A stretch of 64,000 nt of DNA from an archaeon (GCA_043806035.1 JAZDHK010000005.1:2136-66135); one strand, 5' to 3'. Positions 15,001-21,176 are shown, counted from the stretch's first letter. Made by a program: numbers and translations. The notes: generated by a model from the sequence alone, not told the origin.

Positions 15001-17964
15001 GAGATACGCGCTCGTATCGTTGATGGGTATGGGATTGTGGCTGTTGCCTCCGGTGCTGCCGTTGCCAAGCTGGCCGTACGTGTTGTCTCCCCAACACAGA
15101 ATGTATGAGTCATTCGCACGAATGCCACACGTATGGACGCCTCCGGTCGTTATGGTGTTTGCTTTGAATAATCTGCCTGAGGTGTTGAGTACATCATTCC
15201 TGTACCATGTATAGTTGTAGATAACTTTTGGTTCTTCAGACGAGTTCGTCGTGCCGTTGCAGTAGCCGTAGAGGTCGTCGGTGTCGTTCGCTGTTGAATT
15301 GGGGTTGATCCTGCTCGTGCTCATGTTCGCTTGCGATGCATCATTGAACGCATATGCCGTCTCGTTCCCGAACGTGAATTGTTGTACGTGCTTGCCCGCA
15401 GTGTGCACCTTCACTGTCCACGTTGCCGTTTCATTGCACGAATAGTCCTCGTACAGGTACGAGATGTGTTCGCTTCTGTTCGAGAAATCAGCGACGGGCA
15501 TCGTTTCTGTTTCCGTGACGTAGTAGGAATGCTCGGTGCGGTTCTCTGCCTTGCTGAACAGCGTCGCGTTGCCGCATGCGAGTGAGAGTATTTCGAGATC
15601 GTCTTCCGTTTCAGGATTATCATTGCCCTCCTCCAGATACGTGGTGCCGTTGATAGCTGCAATGCTCAAGTTACCCTCTCCTGACGTGTTGATGCTGACC
15701 TGCCACAGCCCTCCCACATACGGGTAGCTCTGCACGTTGAGGATGGTAATGCTAACTTCGTACGTCTGGTTGCTCAGCGAAGGAGTAATCCATGAGATGT
15801 AGTCAATCAACCCGTTGTTGTTCTCATCATAATACGAAACGCCCTCCACCTTTACTCGGGTATTGTTCACGAGCCAGTAGAGCGTGATGCTCTCCCGTCT
15901 CACATCTGGAATTGCCGTGTACGTGAAGATGTCCGTGTAGTGCACGTCTGAAGAAACCACGACTTGTTTCCTTCCTTGCACGAATGCTGTTTCCGTGCTT
16001 GTTGGCCCTTCCGTGTAGTATTCTACCTGGATGTGCTGGGCCTCTTCGTGAACGGTAATAGTTATGCTGTCGCTTGTATCCACTCGTGTTTCCTGTTCGG
16101 GAACGGAGAAGTCAGCAATCACATTGCCCGTGATGAGACCGTCCTCTGCAGATTCGGCAGGCGGAGCGCCTTCTCTCGTTATTTTCTCTTCAGGAATTTC
16201 TACTACTGTATTGTTGGTGATCTCTTTCGCAGAGAGATTGTATGCGAGCACAGGGATGGTGGTGGTGAAGTTCTGCACTATCTCCTCTGCCCGTATGTCT
16301 TCCACCCAGCGTACTGGTTTGTTGATGATGACCATTCTCGTGAGGTTGCGCAGGAAACTCGGCAGCGTCGCATTCGTTCTGTTCTGCGTGATGTTAATCA
16401 GGAAAACGTTGCTCTTCACGAGCGATTCGCCGTCAGTAGCATAGATGAACGTTGCATACTCCCCCTCCCGTCCAGAGAATGAGATAGATTCTCCGTGTAC
16501 CTCGACAGTGAGGTCTGTGCTCTTGGTGCTGAACACTAGCGGATCATGATCGGGGTCGAGGAAGTGCGTGCTGGCGTTGATGGTCAGTGTTTCATTCTCC
16601 TCGAGCGTGTAGTTGCCGACTTGTGCGATTTGCTCTGGCTCTCTGTTTCCTGCCGTGTAGGTGATGCTGTCGATGGTGATGCTGCCCTCTACCTCGATGT
16701 ACAGGAGTGCCTTGTCCAACATCAGACTGCATGCCTGGCCGCACACATTGTCAAAGGAGAACGGCACGAGTTCTGAAACATTGGTTGCATTGCTTACGTT
16801 CGTGCTCAGGTTCTGCTCAAGCTGGGTGATATTCTCTACGAGGGTTTCGTTCTTGATGAGCGTCTCATTCTCAACTTCGCTGCCAATCGTCACGTTTTCA
16901 GGCACGGTCTCGTTCAGCGTTGCGTTTGCGTCTGTGGTCTCATTCGGGATCAGTGTGGTGTTCTCCGTGATAGCTGTGGTGTTCTCTGGGATGATGGTTG
17001 CATTCTCTGCAGTTGCATTCACCAATTCATTCGCTGTTTCATTCATGCTTTCGTTCAACGTTGCATTCAAGGGATGCTCTTGCGTCTCATTCTGTGTCTC
17101 GTCAATGATGGGCTGGCTGATGTTTTCTTCAGTGAGGTTTTCTGCTAGCTCAAGGGGAGTCTCTGGCATGTCCTGCTCGGAAGATGGTTCTGTGCTGTTT
17201 TCGGAAACGTTGTCAGAGACGATTTCTTCAACAATCATTTCATCTGTGTGTGTGTCAAAAGAAGTATTGAGAGCAGTGTCTGCTGGTGTTTCTTGAAGTG
17301 GTGTTTCGGGAATTTGCTCTGCTGGTGTGCTTTCTTCCTGGACTGGCGGTTGCGTTGTTTCCTCGATGACGTCTTGAGGGACAGGTTCTGGTGCAGTGGC
17401 GGTTGTTATTTCTTCCGGCGGCAGTTCTTGCTCAGGAGGCGTTTCTTCAATGACTCTTCCCGTCAGTAAGTTCTGCTCGTTCTTCTGTTCTGTCGTGAAG
17501 AGCAACATGCGCTCTCCATCGGTGAGCAAGTAAATGCGTGCAGTGCCCTGGCCGTGTCCGGTGATGTGTAGTCCGCTGACGTTCGTGAGTCCAGTGTCAT
17601 ACGCAGTGTTCTCAGTGAATGTCTTGTTGATGAACAAGATTTTTTCTTGCGCAAACGTGAGCTTGCCGGTGATGCCCGCATAGTTGATCATGCCGACGAG
17701 GAGCAGGCCGAAGAGCAGGACGGTTATGGCAAGAAGCGGTGTGTGCCTGCTTTCAGTTCTTGGCTGACGCTTGAGATGCCTGATCTCTTCTTCTACTTCC
17801 TTGTAGTATTGTGTCTCTGGTTTGCCGTTGAAGAGCTTGTCGATGTGCTCTTGATAGTCCTGATAGGATATCTTTCGTTCATTGAGCAACTTGTTGAGTT
17901 TGCTCTGTACATGCAAGGTCTTTTCCTTTAGCTGTTCAAGCTTTCGTGCTCTACTTGCGTGCAT
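1..17964 (-). CDS. Giant membrane-anchored surface protein (>=5,988 aa, 3' end outside window): RCC1/BLIP-II propellers, LamG domains, parallel beta-helices, Ig-like spacers
   Basis: ATG at 17964 gives MHASRARKLEQLKEK..., then a TM segment LLAITVLLFGLLLVGMINYAGITG and an acidic Pro/Glu/Thr linker. The same frame at the left edge reads HTCAIRTNDSRVLCWGDNSYGQLGNG. No stops were seen in spot checks, and absence from the ORF track fits a frame with no stop in the window. Confidence 0.92.
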   Translation of the reverse strand, partial: MHASRARKLEQLKEKTLHVQSKLNKLLNERKISYQDYQEHIDKLFNGKPETQYYKEVEEEIRHLKRQPRTESRHTPLLAITVLLFGLLLVGMINYAGITGKLTFAQEKILFINKTFTENTAYDTGLTNVSGLHITGHGQGTARIYLLTDGERMLLFTTEQKNEQNLLTGRVIEETPPEQELPPEEITTATAPEPVPQDVIEETTQPPVQEESTPAEQIPETPLQETPADTALNTSFDTHTDEMIVEEIVSDNVSENSTEPSSEQDMPETPLELAENLTEENISQPIIDETQNETQEHPLNATLNESMNETANELVNATAENATIIPENTTAITENTTLIPNETTDANATLNETVPENVTIGSEVENETLIKNETLVENITQLEQNLSTNVSNATNVSELVPFSFDNVCGQACSLMLDKALLYIEVEGSITIDSITYTAGNREPEQIAQVGNYTLEENETLTINASTHFLDPDHDPLVFSTKSTDLTVEVHGESISFSGREGEYATFIYATDGESLVKSNVFLINITQNRTNATLPSFLRNLTRMVIINKPVRWVEDIRAEEIVQNFTTTIPVLAYNLSAKEITNNTVVEIPEEKITREGAPPAESAEDGLITGNVIADFSVPEQETRVDTSDSITITVHEEAQHIQVEYYTEGPTSTETAFVQGRKQVVVSSDVHYTDIFTYTAIPDVRRESITLYWLVNNTRVKVEGVSYYDENNNGLIDYISWITPSLSNQTYEVSITILNVQSYPYVGGLWQVSINTSGEGNLSIAAINGTTYLEEGNDNPETEDDLEILSLACGNATLFSKAENRTEHSYYVTETETMPVADFSNRSEHISYLYEDYSCNETATWTVKVHTAGKHVQQFTFGNETAYAFNDASQANMSTSRINPNSTANDTDDLYGYCNGTTNSSEEPKVIYNYTWYRNDVLNTSGRLFKANTITTGGVHTCGIRANDSYILCWGDNTYGQLGNGSTGGNSHNPIPINDTSAYLMVSASNVHTCAIRANDSRVLCWGDNQRGQLGDGTTTDKLNPTLINDTAAYTQVGVGGWPSAPNTWGTTCGIRANDSRVLCWGSNTYGQLGDGTEDTDRINPTLINTTSSFSSISVGGDSTCGIRANDSRVLCWGLNGNGQLGDGSTTQKNNPTLINDTSAYSMITIESFSNGIGVTCGIRANDSRVLCWGDNSMGQVGIGSATGNEPNPKQTTDTAAYSWITVSITDACGIRANDSRVLCWGIDYVGEGGHGDATERDSPVLIDDTASYVIVDAGGDNSAAFNSFSTCGVLLNGTAKCWGGNYYYELGDGTNTQRNSPVYVNSTSSYMPGFPSGQEVFVSMQHNRHTTNGDSWILSCQAQDGFSNSTWLNSSATTIGPPYNPPNITWEYPTPENGATTTNDWAYLNATVNASLNTSAFFDWNNTLGAYWNFEYYNTSGILDNSSNNYFATFGAGLSTSNISTGRYGKGLNFSTGATLSAAGANGTFITAPLTVEIWFKYDVLPNETGTASYIFGKWHSETPWYSWLIYGLASDNKTNVAFRNSTSTMSGVISDASATVGTWYHYVFTLNESYNVSVYINGDKQTATAGMTDLYPSNSSVKIGSSGYPFKGIVDEARIHQRVLSWQEINASYNNGLFRLENNFTQLDNGTYSYTAWATDENGNMTKSTQTITIDGAPPTVTLVSPANQTRTITADNTFTCNITDNAGIANVTLYVWNSTGDNVAADISEWCYQESANTLTSCGGLATGAYALTGMWTDGGNLNDGNYESYGTYLPDEEEPGYMYVNYSKPARAQSTSLWQVKDNEATMNLSLPQLCWDQTSLQLRAESDQHNTDTYWQCWNSTDWQTLRSYLSSARIWEEGMWWNISRTTVSVGGTSNSTNWTVTLPYEGSFTWNCEGNDSVGNSNWGQNYSIAYYALPNITWEDPTPEVGENITTAWAYLNATITSLLNTSAFFDWNRSLVAYYSFEYYNDTHVFDNSTYGYNATFTNMTPSPIGEGKFGQGVTFTGGNASYLNVSSNENLLEDYTEMTICLWFKRADDGLGTTQVLLRDRHGDNDNFTQLIWQESNSLIFGCKRAGTEYSVGLSDSILLADTWYYGCGTYNSTSMRVYVNGQLNDSLANGNCSLSRTNPNWVTIGSGSYCCGFNGSIDELKIWNRTLSWQEINASYNSGLYQLKNNFTDVTLGIASRTYNYTAWAIDQNGSTVKDARQSSTTACTSPSGNETLSQATNCADSNLAVDALTISSDAALNLTNTNLTVNVLNITGNLTLQNSTLRVNGTTSVANGAIFISRDGGSTLWFNDNLTINGTVIWDNETIRMNGTENGSANIIVQDAGNLSTNLSNITNGDVAEAKYEISADQTARLSIINTSIENVGWNLATGMTIAAQNFTYINSSAYQTTPAYPFQINLTTYNRIMPSNLVYYGRNDTLFLCTGCTLYVSNWTLLAGSIVKSASTPAGNGSINVANLNYTYSSSTLTYFTSINDNTVGANISGSNATPSKGDWGSINSTTTYHFEWMQVSYASGRPYLDGPTAGMIIYDNIFKENDGYINFNTITEFKKNLIINCTDGLKGKQINYEAFIVASNTFDGILGVAIEEIGSANYPQNSITNNLFLNTNTSISFNDSEVLDTYVHDYNAHYNVACRYYNQTEDNCTNQTYSNEINLTDNPLVAANGNSHYLNQSSPIINAGSYYGGSPLASSGYGTNPDGMSGDLSPLDIGYHYYGYRIPPYITVNSPANDATVSSVNLNISVNGTLPSTVRFFGSMNASQLDTSVLRYNLSITNTTSIYPWTSAPIAADDNTVLLVHFDNLSEYGENDTFARDYSGNDNNATCDSCPVMDITGGKFGGAYNFSGEEYVEVPYSSSLALSNYTVAAWVNVDNDGDNNCVLSTRIGATDELFNFKIMKSSIQGSIGNGSDWLKETAACSRSADVGTWVQIVYVVHDGGYEIYVNGLRCDSGEFEGVPLLIAATNNLTIGECLDGSEFMSGSIDDVAVWDRNLSAEEVYYLYTMRNGAYYWMATANDSQLQNATGTYNFTLNASPNIVVSLDSPADASTNVKFTGDAASPFSCTAATAYSTVNDITLYAGTVGWQNVSYQSVSGFSANTTADFSNNINPVGLLMDKALSLGCYATNNASQSNWSTNKTVSGFSLGNFSQGTTLNGIANITIDDTRQAAINNGQTTFLQYFDYGPGDDFRANSGEVANYDGFSASLTYESMNGTAFLGCSNLCELRYPDSKNMDYGTVTFWFRKSYSGTGAFTLLQIYGSSIYHLTLSDINPSIMYAANVTLRHFKTVQTITANSGIASSGWHMYAVVWNKSLSDGEITLYRDGSKLVNSSGDLFPGADIGTLSVNISIGANMSLVNDAAGYYDEIAIYDAAYSSSVISQLYTNQSHTRFGNYSSQVFDIGSNASVWYTLSAATNDVGNITFQARNCDDAACNGENFTGPSGSNSTYYTDLTGQELNASTSRYFQYKAFFGREITSSSQPELYAVNITYLANDSVNCTPLSYGFNVLSTCSFSDQALIINGSLDIGSTGYLNLSNVTLIVNGNTRVRNGGTFKTVNGGSTIWQNGNLTINGTYILNRETLRMNGSSDGTYGITVQGSGTFNVSNSSNITNGETSTADYAFVVQSGATFNVQDSLISRAGYSDTTGSKGLEISAANAILARCNLSYIKSGIHLLGGSANLTGNNISMTTESYTGTMYGIDVTGGSATIQNNYISTDLNQTTHLLEVASNSNTFRNNTLAGVNSTILAFIPSRQHNTFDDMTGIITNNVAGTCIYSSAATNNTFTNFSFTDCNASRMLYLTGSGNYNLTLINPIGYNTSNITFSSAGATKLYVKWFADLFVGKLSGTAVSGATVLAYDNSYALFMNTTTDASGLITGQSFYEYSQNSTQVYPDNVTYFTNYSFIASRAGYATTHNKTWNLTQSQIGTGRINLSIVGCGDTITTDTNFTGNLSNDTGLGCPAGGITVTSGAAVDCNNYWIYGGDQGTGTGILADGASSLTNCNVYGFNRSVIVHDFGTTISGGTFKGGTTNQTRGLSFDGDVGALTVQHVTITNSSEYGVYLEGVPSQDYTFNNITIENNSGTGVYYDDSTGYVIGITINNSRIRYNYNGIVLKLADENYMSYVVQSNITNNTFNIVYPLSSTNDQNLTFLNNNVFGGTYDWIMSGTTKDQNATSNWWGTTNENTIAAQILDYSDSPVVGRVIYCPYLTSAYPGASLSTDDASQCTCDETVGSTACNGASCYILNSTSFSWDIMSQSDGTYNSNCCGDDSTEFYAQASSSGLPGFTNTTSACCNITNSCVFDRSCYENDTIPLDVDENSNLDYCLEGTWHDCFNDSQCDEGYFCSNNDCISYPEMNGSRINPTPTADTLLNLFGYCNASHTANLKVLYNYTWYNNTIIYQNALFKAETISAGRMHTCGIRANDSRVLCWGDNANGQIGDGDAPNDKLNPTLTADDSAYSTISSGDYHTCGIRANDSRVLCWGDNDNGQLGNGNTTNMWTPTPINDTTPYISIYGGRVHTCAIRNDSRVLCWGQNNVGQAGDGTTDTPKTNPTLINDSGAYMSVSAGYIHSCGIRANDSRVLCWGHNTNGQLGDGTQTQRENPTPINDTAGYRLVSTGGGDFGRHTCGIRANDSRVLCWGNNTEGALGDGTTTQRLNPTLINDTSAYTDVNAGWQHTCGIRANDSMALCWGKNDNGAVGDGSQTDRLNPALINDTATYRYITAGAHYSCGVRANDGQALCWGYNNWGQLGIGDTTQKLNPTTITDASSYFPGFPAGKEVLVGVIGSAFTETGENWTLSCSASDQNSQVTSWLNSSSTLITEDIAPVVHLVSPANQTNTTNDSYALACNITDDYQVKALTVYVWNSSGTLQTNVTTLAGVSNSTSWSYAFPHPDVFTWNCLGNDSFDNTAWSSEGNYTINYTPITVISVRISPALFANHTDNLLGYCNATHPTGGKVMYNYTWYNDSTAFMNGVVFKAGTLSAGTYHTCGIRANDSQVLCWGSNLWGMLGNGSDGGTSPNPIPINDSANYTAISAGYTHTCGIRANDSQVLCWGYNPYGALGDGTDTQHKNPWPINDTAYSLVGAGNYHTCGIRANDSKALCWGRNNYGMLGNGNTTNMYNPTLINDTAAYITITAAIEYTCGIRTNDSRVLCWGRNGNGQLGDGTQTNHYNPAPINDSAAYLSVSAGEYHACGILINGSVKCWGANSDGATGNGSTGGNALNPQLINDSAAYLTVSAGYGHTCAVRANDSQIMCWGSNGYGRLGNGSSGGTNPNPAPINDSAAYLSVSARAYRSCGIRTNDSQVLCWGVNDYGQLGNGNTTSMYNPTPINNTASFYPGWPSAQELLVSTLGNAFTSLGENWTLSCMATNTTLTSRWLNSSVTHILDQVAPTLAIQKNSSILEAGSESIYINWSATDGTGISDVVFNITYPDGSLLFSSSTAVSNVTLTFLNLTQLGQYNLTLWANDTSNNSNTANTSFSVNHTLPPVITWENPTPPDNELTTATYAYLNTTITDYSNTSAFFDWNNTLGAYWNFDAVNDTTVYDNSTGQKNLTNSTGSGFSFSAGKFGNSLWFSNGGEATNVTYDVAIANYTPYVTVPFTLEFWIYWNITPNASAEQAYPIMLMNSPSSWTWLIYGVTATNVTAFGVKNSSNDATYTNAGVCPAQTWCHIAFTINASGTLKGYRDGNLITTTTLPGAMIYNQTTNLRLGSYWSGGGGFNGSLDELRIYARELSWEEINASYNNTEFTLYHNFTNLEYGNQTYTAYAIDTAGHLSTSTRSVSILNLTLKVQLVSPANQTNTTQPTHAFMCNITDDTDSSALTLSIWNSTNDLITTNATAVGGIINSTNWTFTLPYADTYTWNCLGNDSDSNEEWSDEGNYTLTYIKPTMISASIIPTPSANNSDTLYGYCNATDPFEEKLVYNYTWYIDGAANITGMLVRPDTLTSGERHTCAIRTNDSRVLCWGDNSYGQLGNGTDGGNLTLPTLINDTAAYTTISAGYLHT
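1970..3080 (-). repeat. RCC1-like repeat block 3 (7 repeats); a fourth block starts near 190 and runs off the edge
   Basis: Seven CWG-containing units; block ends FYPGWPSAQEL. Boundaries approximate. Confidence 0.85.
3670..4790 (-). repeat. RCC1-like repeat block 2 (7 repeats)
   Basis: Seven CGIRANDSRVLCWG-type units; block ends FPGFPAGKEV. Boundaries approximate. Confidence 0.85.
13950..15160 (-). repeat. RCC1-like repeat block 1 (7 repeats) in giant ORF
   Basis: Seven TC(G/A)IRxNDSxxxCWGxNxxGQLGxG-type units about 160 nt apart; block ends YMPGFPSGQEV. Boundaries approximate. Confidence 0.85.
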
Positions 17965-18187
17965 GTTCCCTCTTTCTTCTGGAACGTTGATAGACTGTCC
18001 AGATGGTCCGTTCGTTTCTGTTGAGGAGAATGGCTATTTCCTTGTACGTGTAGCCTCGCTTGTCCTTGAGAAATTCGACTATTGCCTCAAGCACTTTGAG
18101 GGTTCGGTCCTGGAAGATGTAGGAGGGGAAATTGACGTAGTCCGGGAGTTCTTTTTTTCGCTGTTCGTTACTGTCTTTTGTCGTCAC
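17951..18187 (-). CDS. Small helix-turn-helix DNA-binding protein
   Basis: 78 aa, GTG start. GYTYKEIAILLNRNERTIWTVYQR has an HTH pattern. Overlaps the giant ORF start by 14 nt. Confidence 0.8.
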   Translation of the reverse strand: MTTKDSNEQRKKELPDYVNFPSYIFQDRTLKVLEAIVEFLKDKRGYTYKEIAILLNRNERTIWTVYQRSRRKREHARK

Positions 18188-18209
18188 ACGCTCAGGCTAC
18201 ACTCATTTT

Positions 18210-18348
18210 TCTCGTACATTGTAAGTATCATTTATAAAGTTTTCTTGTCTAATTATAGAGAAAAATGTGTGTATGAGCACAATTATATTTTACATTGTAA
18301 GTGAAGATTAAGATAACATAAAGGAAAAGATACTTACAATGTAGGTAT
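18210..18348. promoter_or_regulatory. Minus-strand BRE/TATA (TTTATAAA 18231-18238) plus three palindromic operator-like sites, consensus ATACTTACA-W-TGTAAGTAT
   Basis: TACATTGTAAGTATC at 18215-18229, TACATTGTAAGT at 18291-18302, GATACTTACAATGTAGGTAT at 18329-18348. Confidence 0.7.
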
Positions 18349-18474
18349 TCTTTTTTTATTTTTCCGTCGCATCCACCTTTCCATATTGGTGAAGAAAACA
18401 CGAGAAAAATGGTTTAAATCTCCGTGCAAGCACAGCAGAAAGTTTATAAACCATTCCTGAATTCTGAGCAGTGT

Positions 18475-18589
18475 GCCTCCGTAGCTTAACGGTGGAGCGT
18501 GCGGCTGTTATCCTTGCTGCGTTTGCACAAAAAAAAACACGGCAGGGCAAGTGACCGCAAGGTCACCGGTTCGAACCCGGTCGGAGGCG
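18475..18589 (+). tRNA. tRNA-Asn(GTT) with a 43-nt intron at 37/38 (18511-18553)
   Basis: Acceptor GCCTCCG/CGGAGGC, anticodon stem TGCGG/CCGCA, GTT at 18507-18509, T loop GGTTCGAACCC, TATA TTTATAAA at 18443. Confidence 0.92.
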
Positions 18590-18603
18590 TTGCACACATC
18601 AAC

Positions 18604-18707
18604 GAGCCCGTAGCTTAGCCTGGTGGAGCATCCGACTGATAAAAACGGCCGGTAAACTGGTCGATTGTCGTTTCGGAAGGTCGCGAGTTCAAATCTCGCC
18701 GGGCTCA
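18604..18707 (+). tRNA. tRNA-Ile(GAT) with a ~30-nt intron (about 18642-18672)
   Basis: Acceptor GAGCCCG/CGGGCTC, anticodon stem TCCGA/TCGGA, GAT at 18638-18640, T loop AGTTCAAATCT. Confidence 0.92.
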
Positions 18708-18741
18708 TAAATTATTTATACTACTTCTCACTTTCTCACCT

Positions 18742-20475
18742 ATGGACAAGCTAGCAATTCTTGATATGGGTGGACAATATTGTCACCTCTTGGCAAGACG
18801 CATCAGGGACTTAGGGGTGTATGCGGAAATCCTGCCAGCAACGACACCTGCAACACAACTCAAACAGTATGCGGGAATCATTCTTTCAGGAGGCCCAGCG
18901 AGCGTCTACGAACACAACGCTCCAAACGTTGATCCTGCACTGTTCTTTCTTTCCCCACCCATCCTTGGCTTGTGCTACGGCCACCAACTCATGGCACATA
19001 GTCTGCACGGCAATGTGCAGCGAGGGAAAACAAAAGAATACGGCACGGCACGACTCACCGTCAAAAAATCAAAACTCTTTGCAGGACTTGCAGCTCAGGA
19101 AACGGTATGGATGAGCCACGGCGACACCATAACCGAATTGCCACCAGGCTTCCGCGTCATCGGCAGCACTCCAGACTGCCCAATAGCCGCCATGGAGCAC
19201 AACAATCACTACGGCCTGCAATTCCATCCGGAAGTGACACACACACCAGCAGGAAAGAAGATGCTCAATAATTTTTTGGACATCTGCAACGCAAGAAGAG
19301 ACTGGAATCCAGAACACTATCTTGATGACATCATCTCGGCAATCAAAACACGTGCATCCGCGGAAACAACAGGCACCATGAAAAAAATCCTGCTCTTCCT
19401 CTCCGGAGGAGTCGATTCCATGGTGTGCCTCGCCCTCCTGCAAAAAGCCATACCTGGACACTATACTGCAGTGCACGTCGATACGGGATTCATGCGCCTC
19501 GGCGAGAGCAAGGACGTACAGGACATGGTTGCGCAGATGGGAGCACACGTGAATATTGTTAACGCACATGACATCTTTTTTGAGGCGACACGCGACGTCT
19601 ACGACCCTGAGCTGAAACGGCAACGCATCGGTGATGCATTCCTGACTGTTTTTGATCAGACTCTTTCAGATCCTGCAAAGCAGGACTGGCTCCTCTGCCA
19701 GGGCACCATCTATCCCGACACCATCGAGACAGGAGGAACGCAACGTGCAGCAAAGATCAAAACACATCATAATCGCGTTGGCAGAATCCATGCACTGATT
19801 GTGCAAGGAAAACTTATTGAGCCATTAGCCAACTTGTACAAGGACGAAGTTCGTTTGCTAGGCAAGAAACTGGGCATGCCGGACAACATACTGCAGCGGC
19901 ATCCTTTTCCCGGGCCAGGGCTGGCCGTGCGCTGCCTCTGTTCAGATGAGGACTACACCACTCGTGTGCATGACGTTCTGCCACTGCGTTCGGTCGGCGT
20001 GCAAGGTGACGACAGAACGTACAAGAAACCGTACTTGTTGCGAACACTCGATTGGACACAGGCCAACGAGCAGTCGACGATGATCACGAACAGCAGAACT
20101 GACGTGAATCGTGTTGTTGCCTTGCTCTATCCTGACGACATTCGTGACGTGCACGTCAAGCGAGCATCGATAACCAAAACGCGCATAACACTCCTGCAGC
20201 AGGCCGACGCGCTTGTCAGAGAAAAGCTCGACACGGCAGGACTCTATACTCAAGTATGGCAGTTCCCTGTCATCCTCGCACCACTCTCGCTGCAGGGAGG
20301 GGAAACCATCATCCTGCGTCCTGTTCTCTCGACAGAAGCGATGACGGCAAGTGTCGCCCAACTTCCCGCATCCTTTCTCACCGGCCTCGTCAGCGGCTTA
20401 GCGAGCATTCAGGGCATTGACTGTGTCCTATACGACATAACCAGCAAGCCTCCGGGAACGATAGAGTGGGAATAA
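18742..20475 (+). CDS. guaA: GMP synthase (glutamine-hydrolysing), fused GATase plus synthetase
   Basis: SGGPAS, GLCYGHQ, QFHPE, SGGVDS, QGTIYPD, KTHHN, HPFPGPGL and C-terminal YDITSKPPGTIEWE. Confidence 0.97.
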   Translation: MDKLAILDMGGQYCHLLARRIRDLGVYAEILPATTPATQLKQYAGIILSGGPASVYEHNAPNVDPALFFLSPPILGLCYGHQLMAHSLHGNVQRGKTKEYGTARLTVKKSKLFAGLAAQETVWMSHGDTITELPPGFRVIGSTPDCPIAAMEHNNHYGLQFHPEVTHTPAGKKMLNNFLDICNARRDWNPEHYLDDIISAIKTRASAETTGTMKKILLFLSGGVDSMVCLALLQKAIPGHYTAVHVDTGFMRLGESKDVQDMVAQMGAHVNIVNAHDIFFEATRDVYDPELKRQRIGDAFLTVFDQTLSDPAKQDWLLCQGTIYPDTIETGGTQRAAKIKTHHNRVGRIHALIVQGKLIEPLANLYKDEVRLLGKKLGMPDNILQRHPFPGPGLAVRCLCSDEDYTTRVHDVLPLRSVGVQGDDRTYKKPYLLRTLDWTQANEQSTMITNSRTDVNRVVALLYPDDIRDVHVKRASITKTRITLLQQADALVREKLDTAGLYTQVWQFPVILAPLSLQGGETIILRPVLSTEAMTASVAQLPASFLTGLVSGLASIQGIDCVLYDITSKPPGTIEWE

Positions 20476-20552
20476 GCTCCAGTCGTTTACACAGCACACT
20501 ATTGCAGAAGCGAGTAGAAAAGCTTAAAAACAAGGATGGAACAGGTGCATGC

Positions 20553-21176
20553 ATGAAGGCAGTTCTTTTTGATCTCGACGGCGTCATCATCAACAGCCCA
20601 AAAGCGCACTATGCCGCATGGAAGAAAGCATTCAAGGAATTTGCTGTCGACATCAAGCCGGACGACCTTTTTCTCATTGAGGGCATGACAAAGGACGAGA
20701 TTGCCAAACGGCTCTGCAAGCAATCTGACCTCCCTGTGCTCGAAGCTGCGAAGGTCATCCAAAAAAAAGACCAGCATTTTGAAAAGAGCAAGATATCGCT
20801 TTATCCAGGCATGCTTGAACTCATACTCCTGTTGAGAAAAAAAGGGGCGAAGTTGGCCATCGTCACGGCGAGCAGCCATGCAAGCATCGGCGGCGTGCTG
20901 ACGGATGCATTCCTCAAAAAATTCGATGCCGTCGTCTTCGGCAGCAAGCAAGGCAAGGATAATCCCTACGCGCAAGCGGCAAAGCAGATAGGCGTTCCTG
21001 CAGAGCACTGTGTCGTCGTCGAGAATGCACCCATCGGCGTGCAGGCGGCGAAGGCAGCAGGCATGTACTGCATTGCCATCACCACGACACTGAAAGAGAA
21101 CCAGCTCTCGCAAGCGGACAAAGCAGTCAAAGATGTTGCAGCCCTTGCTGAACTTTTGAAAGTACTCATTGCATAA
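20553..21176 (+). CDS. HAD-family phosphatase (beta-phosphoglucomutase-like)
   Basis: MKAVLFDLDGV motif I and VVENAPIGVQAAKAAGM motif IV. Confidence 0.9.
   Translation: MKAVLFDLDGVIINSPKAHYAAWKKAFKEFAVDIKPDDLFLIEGMTKDEIAKRLCKQSDLPVLEAAKVIQKKDQHFEKSKISLYPGMLELILLLRKKGAKLAIVTASSHASIGGVLTDAFLKKFDAVVFGSKQGKDNPYAQAAKQIGVPAEHCVVVENAPIGVQAAKAAGMYCIAITTTLKENQLSQADKAVKDVAALAELLKVLIA

Noticed and set aside
1..15160. Periodic ~160-nt repeats as a CRISPR array or DGR template/variable repeats
   Set aside because: The repeats are in-frame RCC1 protein repeats. I saw no adenine-specific mismatch pattern, and there is no reverse transcriptase or cas gene in the window.
29..17931. Dozens of plus-strand and off-frame minus-strand ORFs in the ORF track
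   Set aside because: They are shadows of the single giant minus-strand frame and carry no recognisable motifs.
18215..18343. Invertible promoter bounded by a perfect 15-bp inverted repeat
   Set aside because: Each site is itself palindromic, a third copy lies between them, and no recombinase is nearby. Operators explain it better, though read-orientation data could still test it.
17964..18589. Functional link between the Asn-rich giant gene and the adjacent divergent tRNA-Asn
   Set aside because: Adjacency alone is not evidence; tRNA genes commonly border variable loci.
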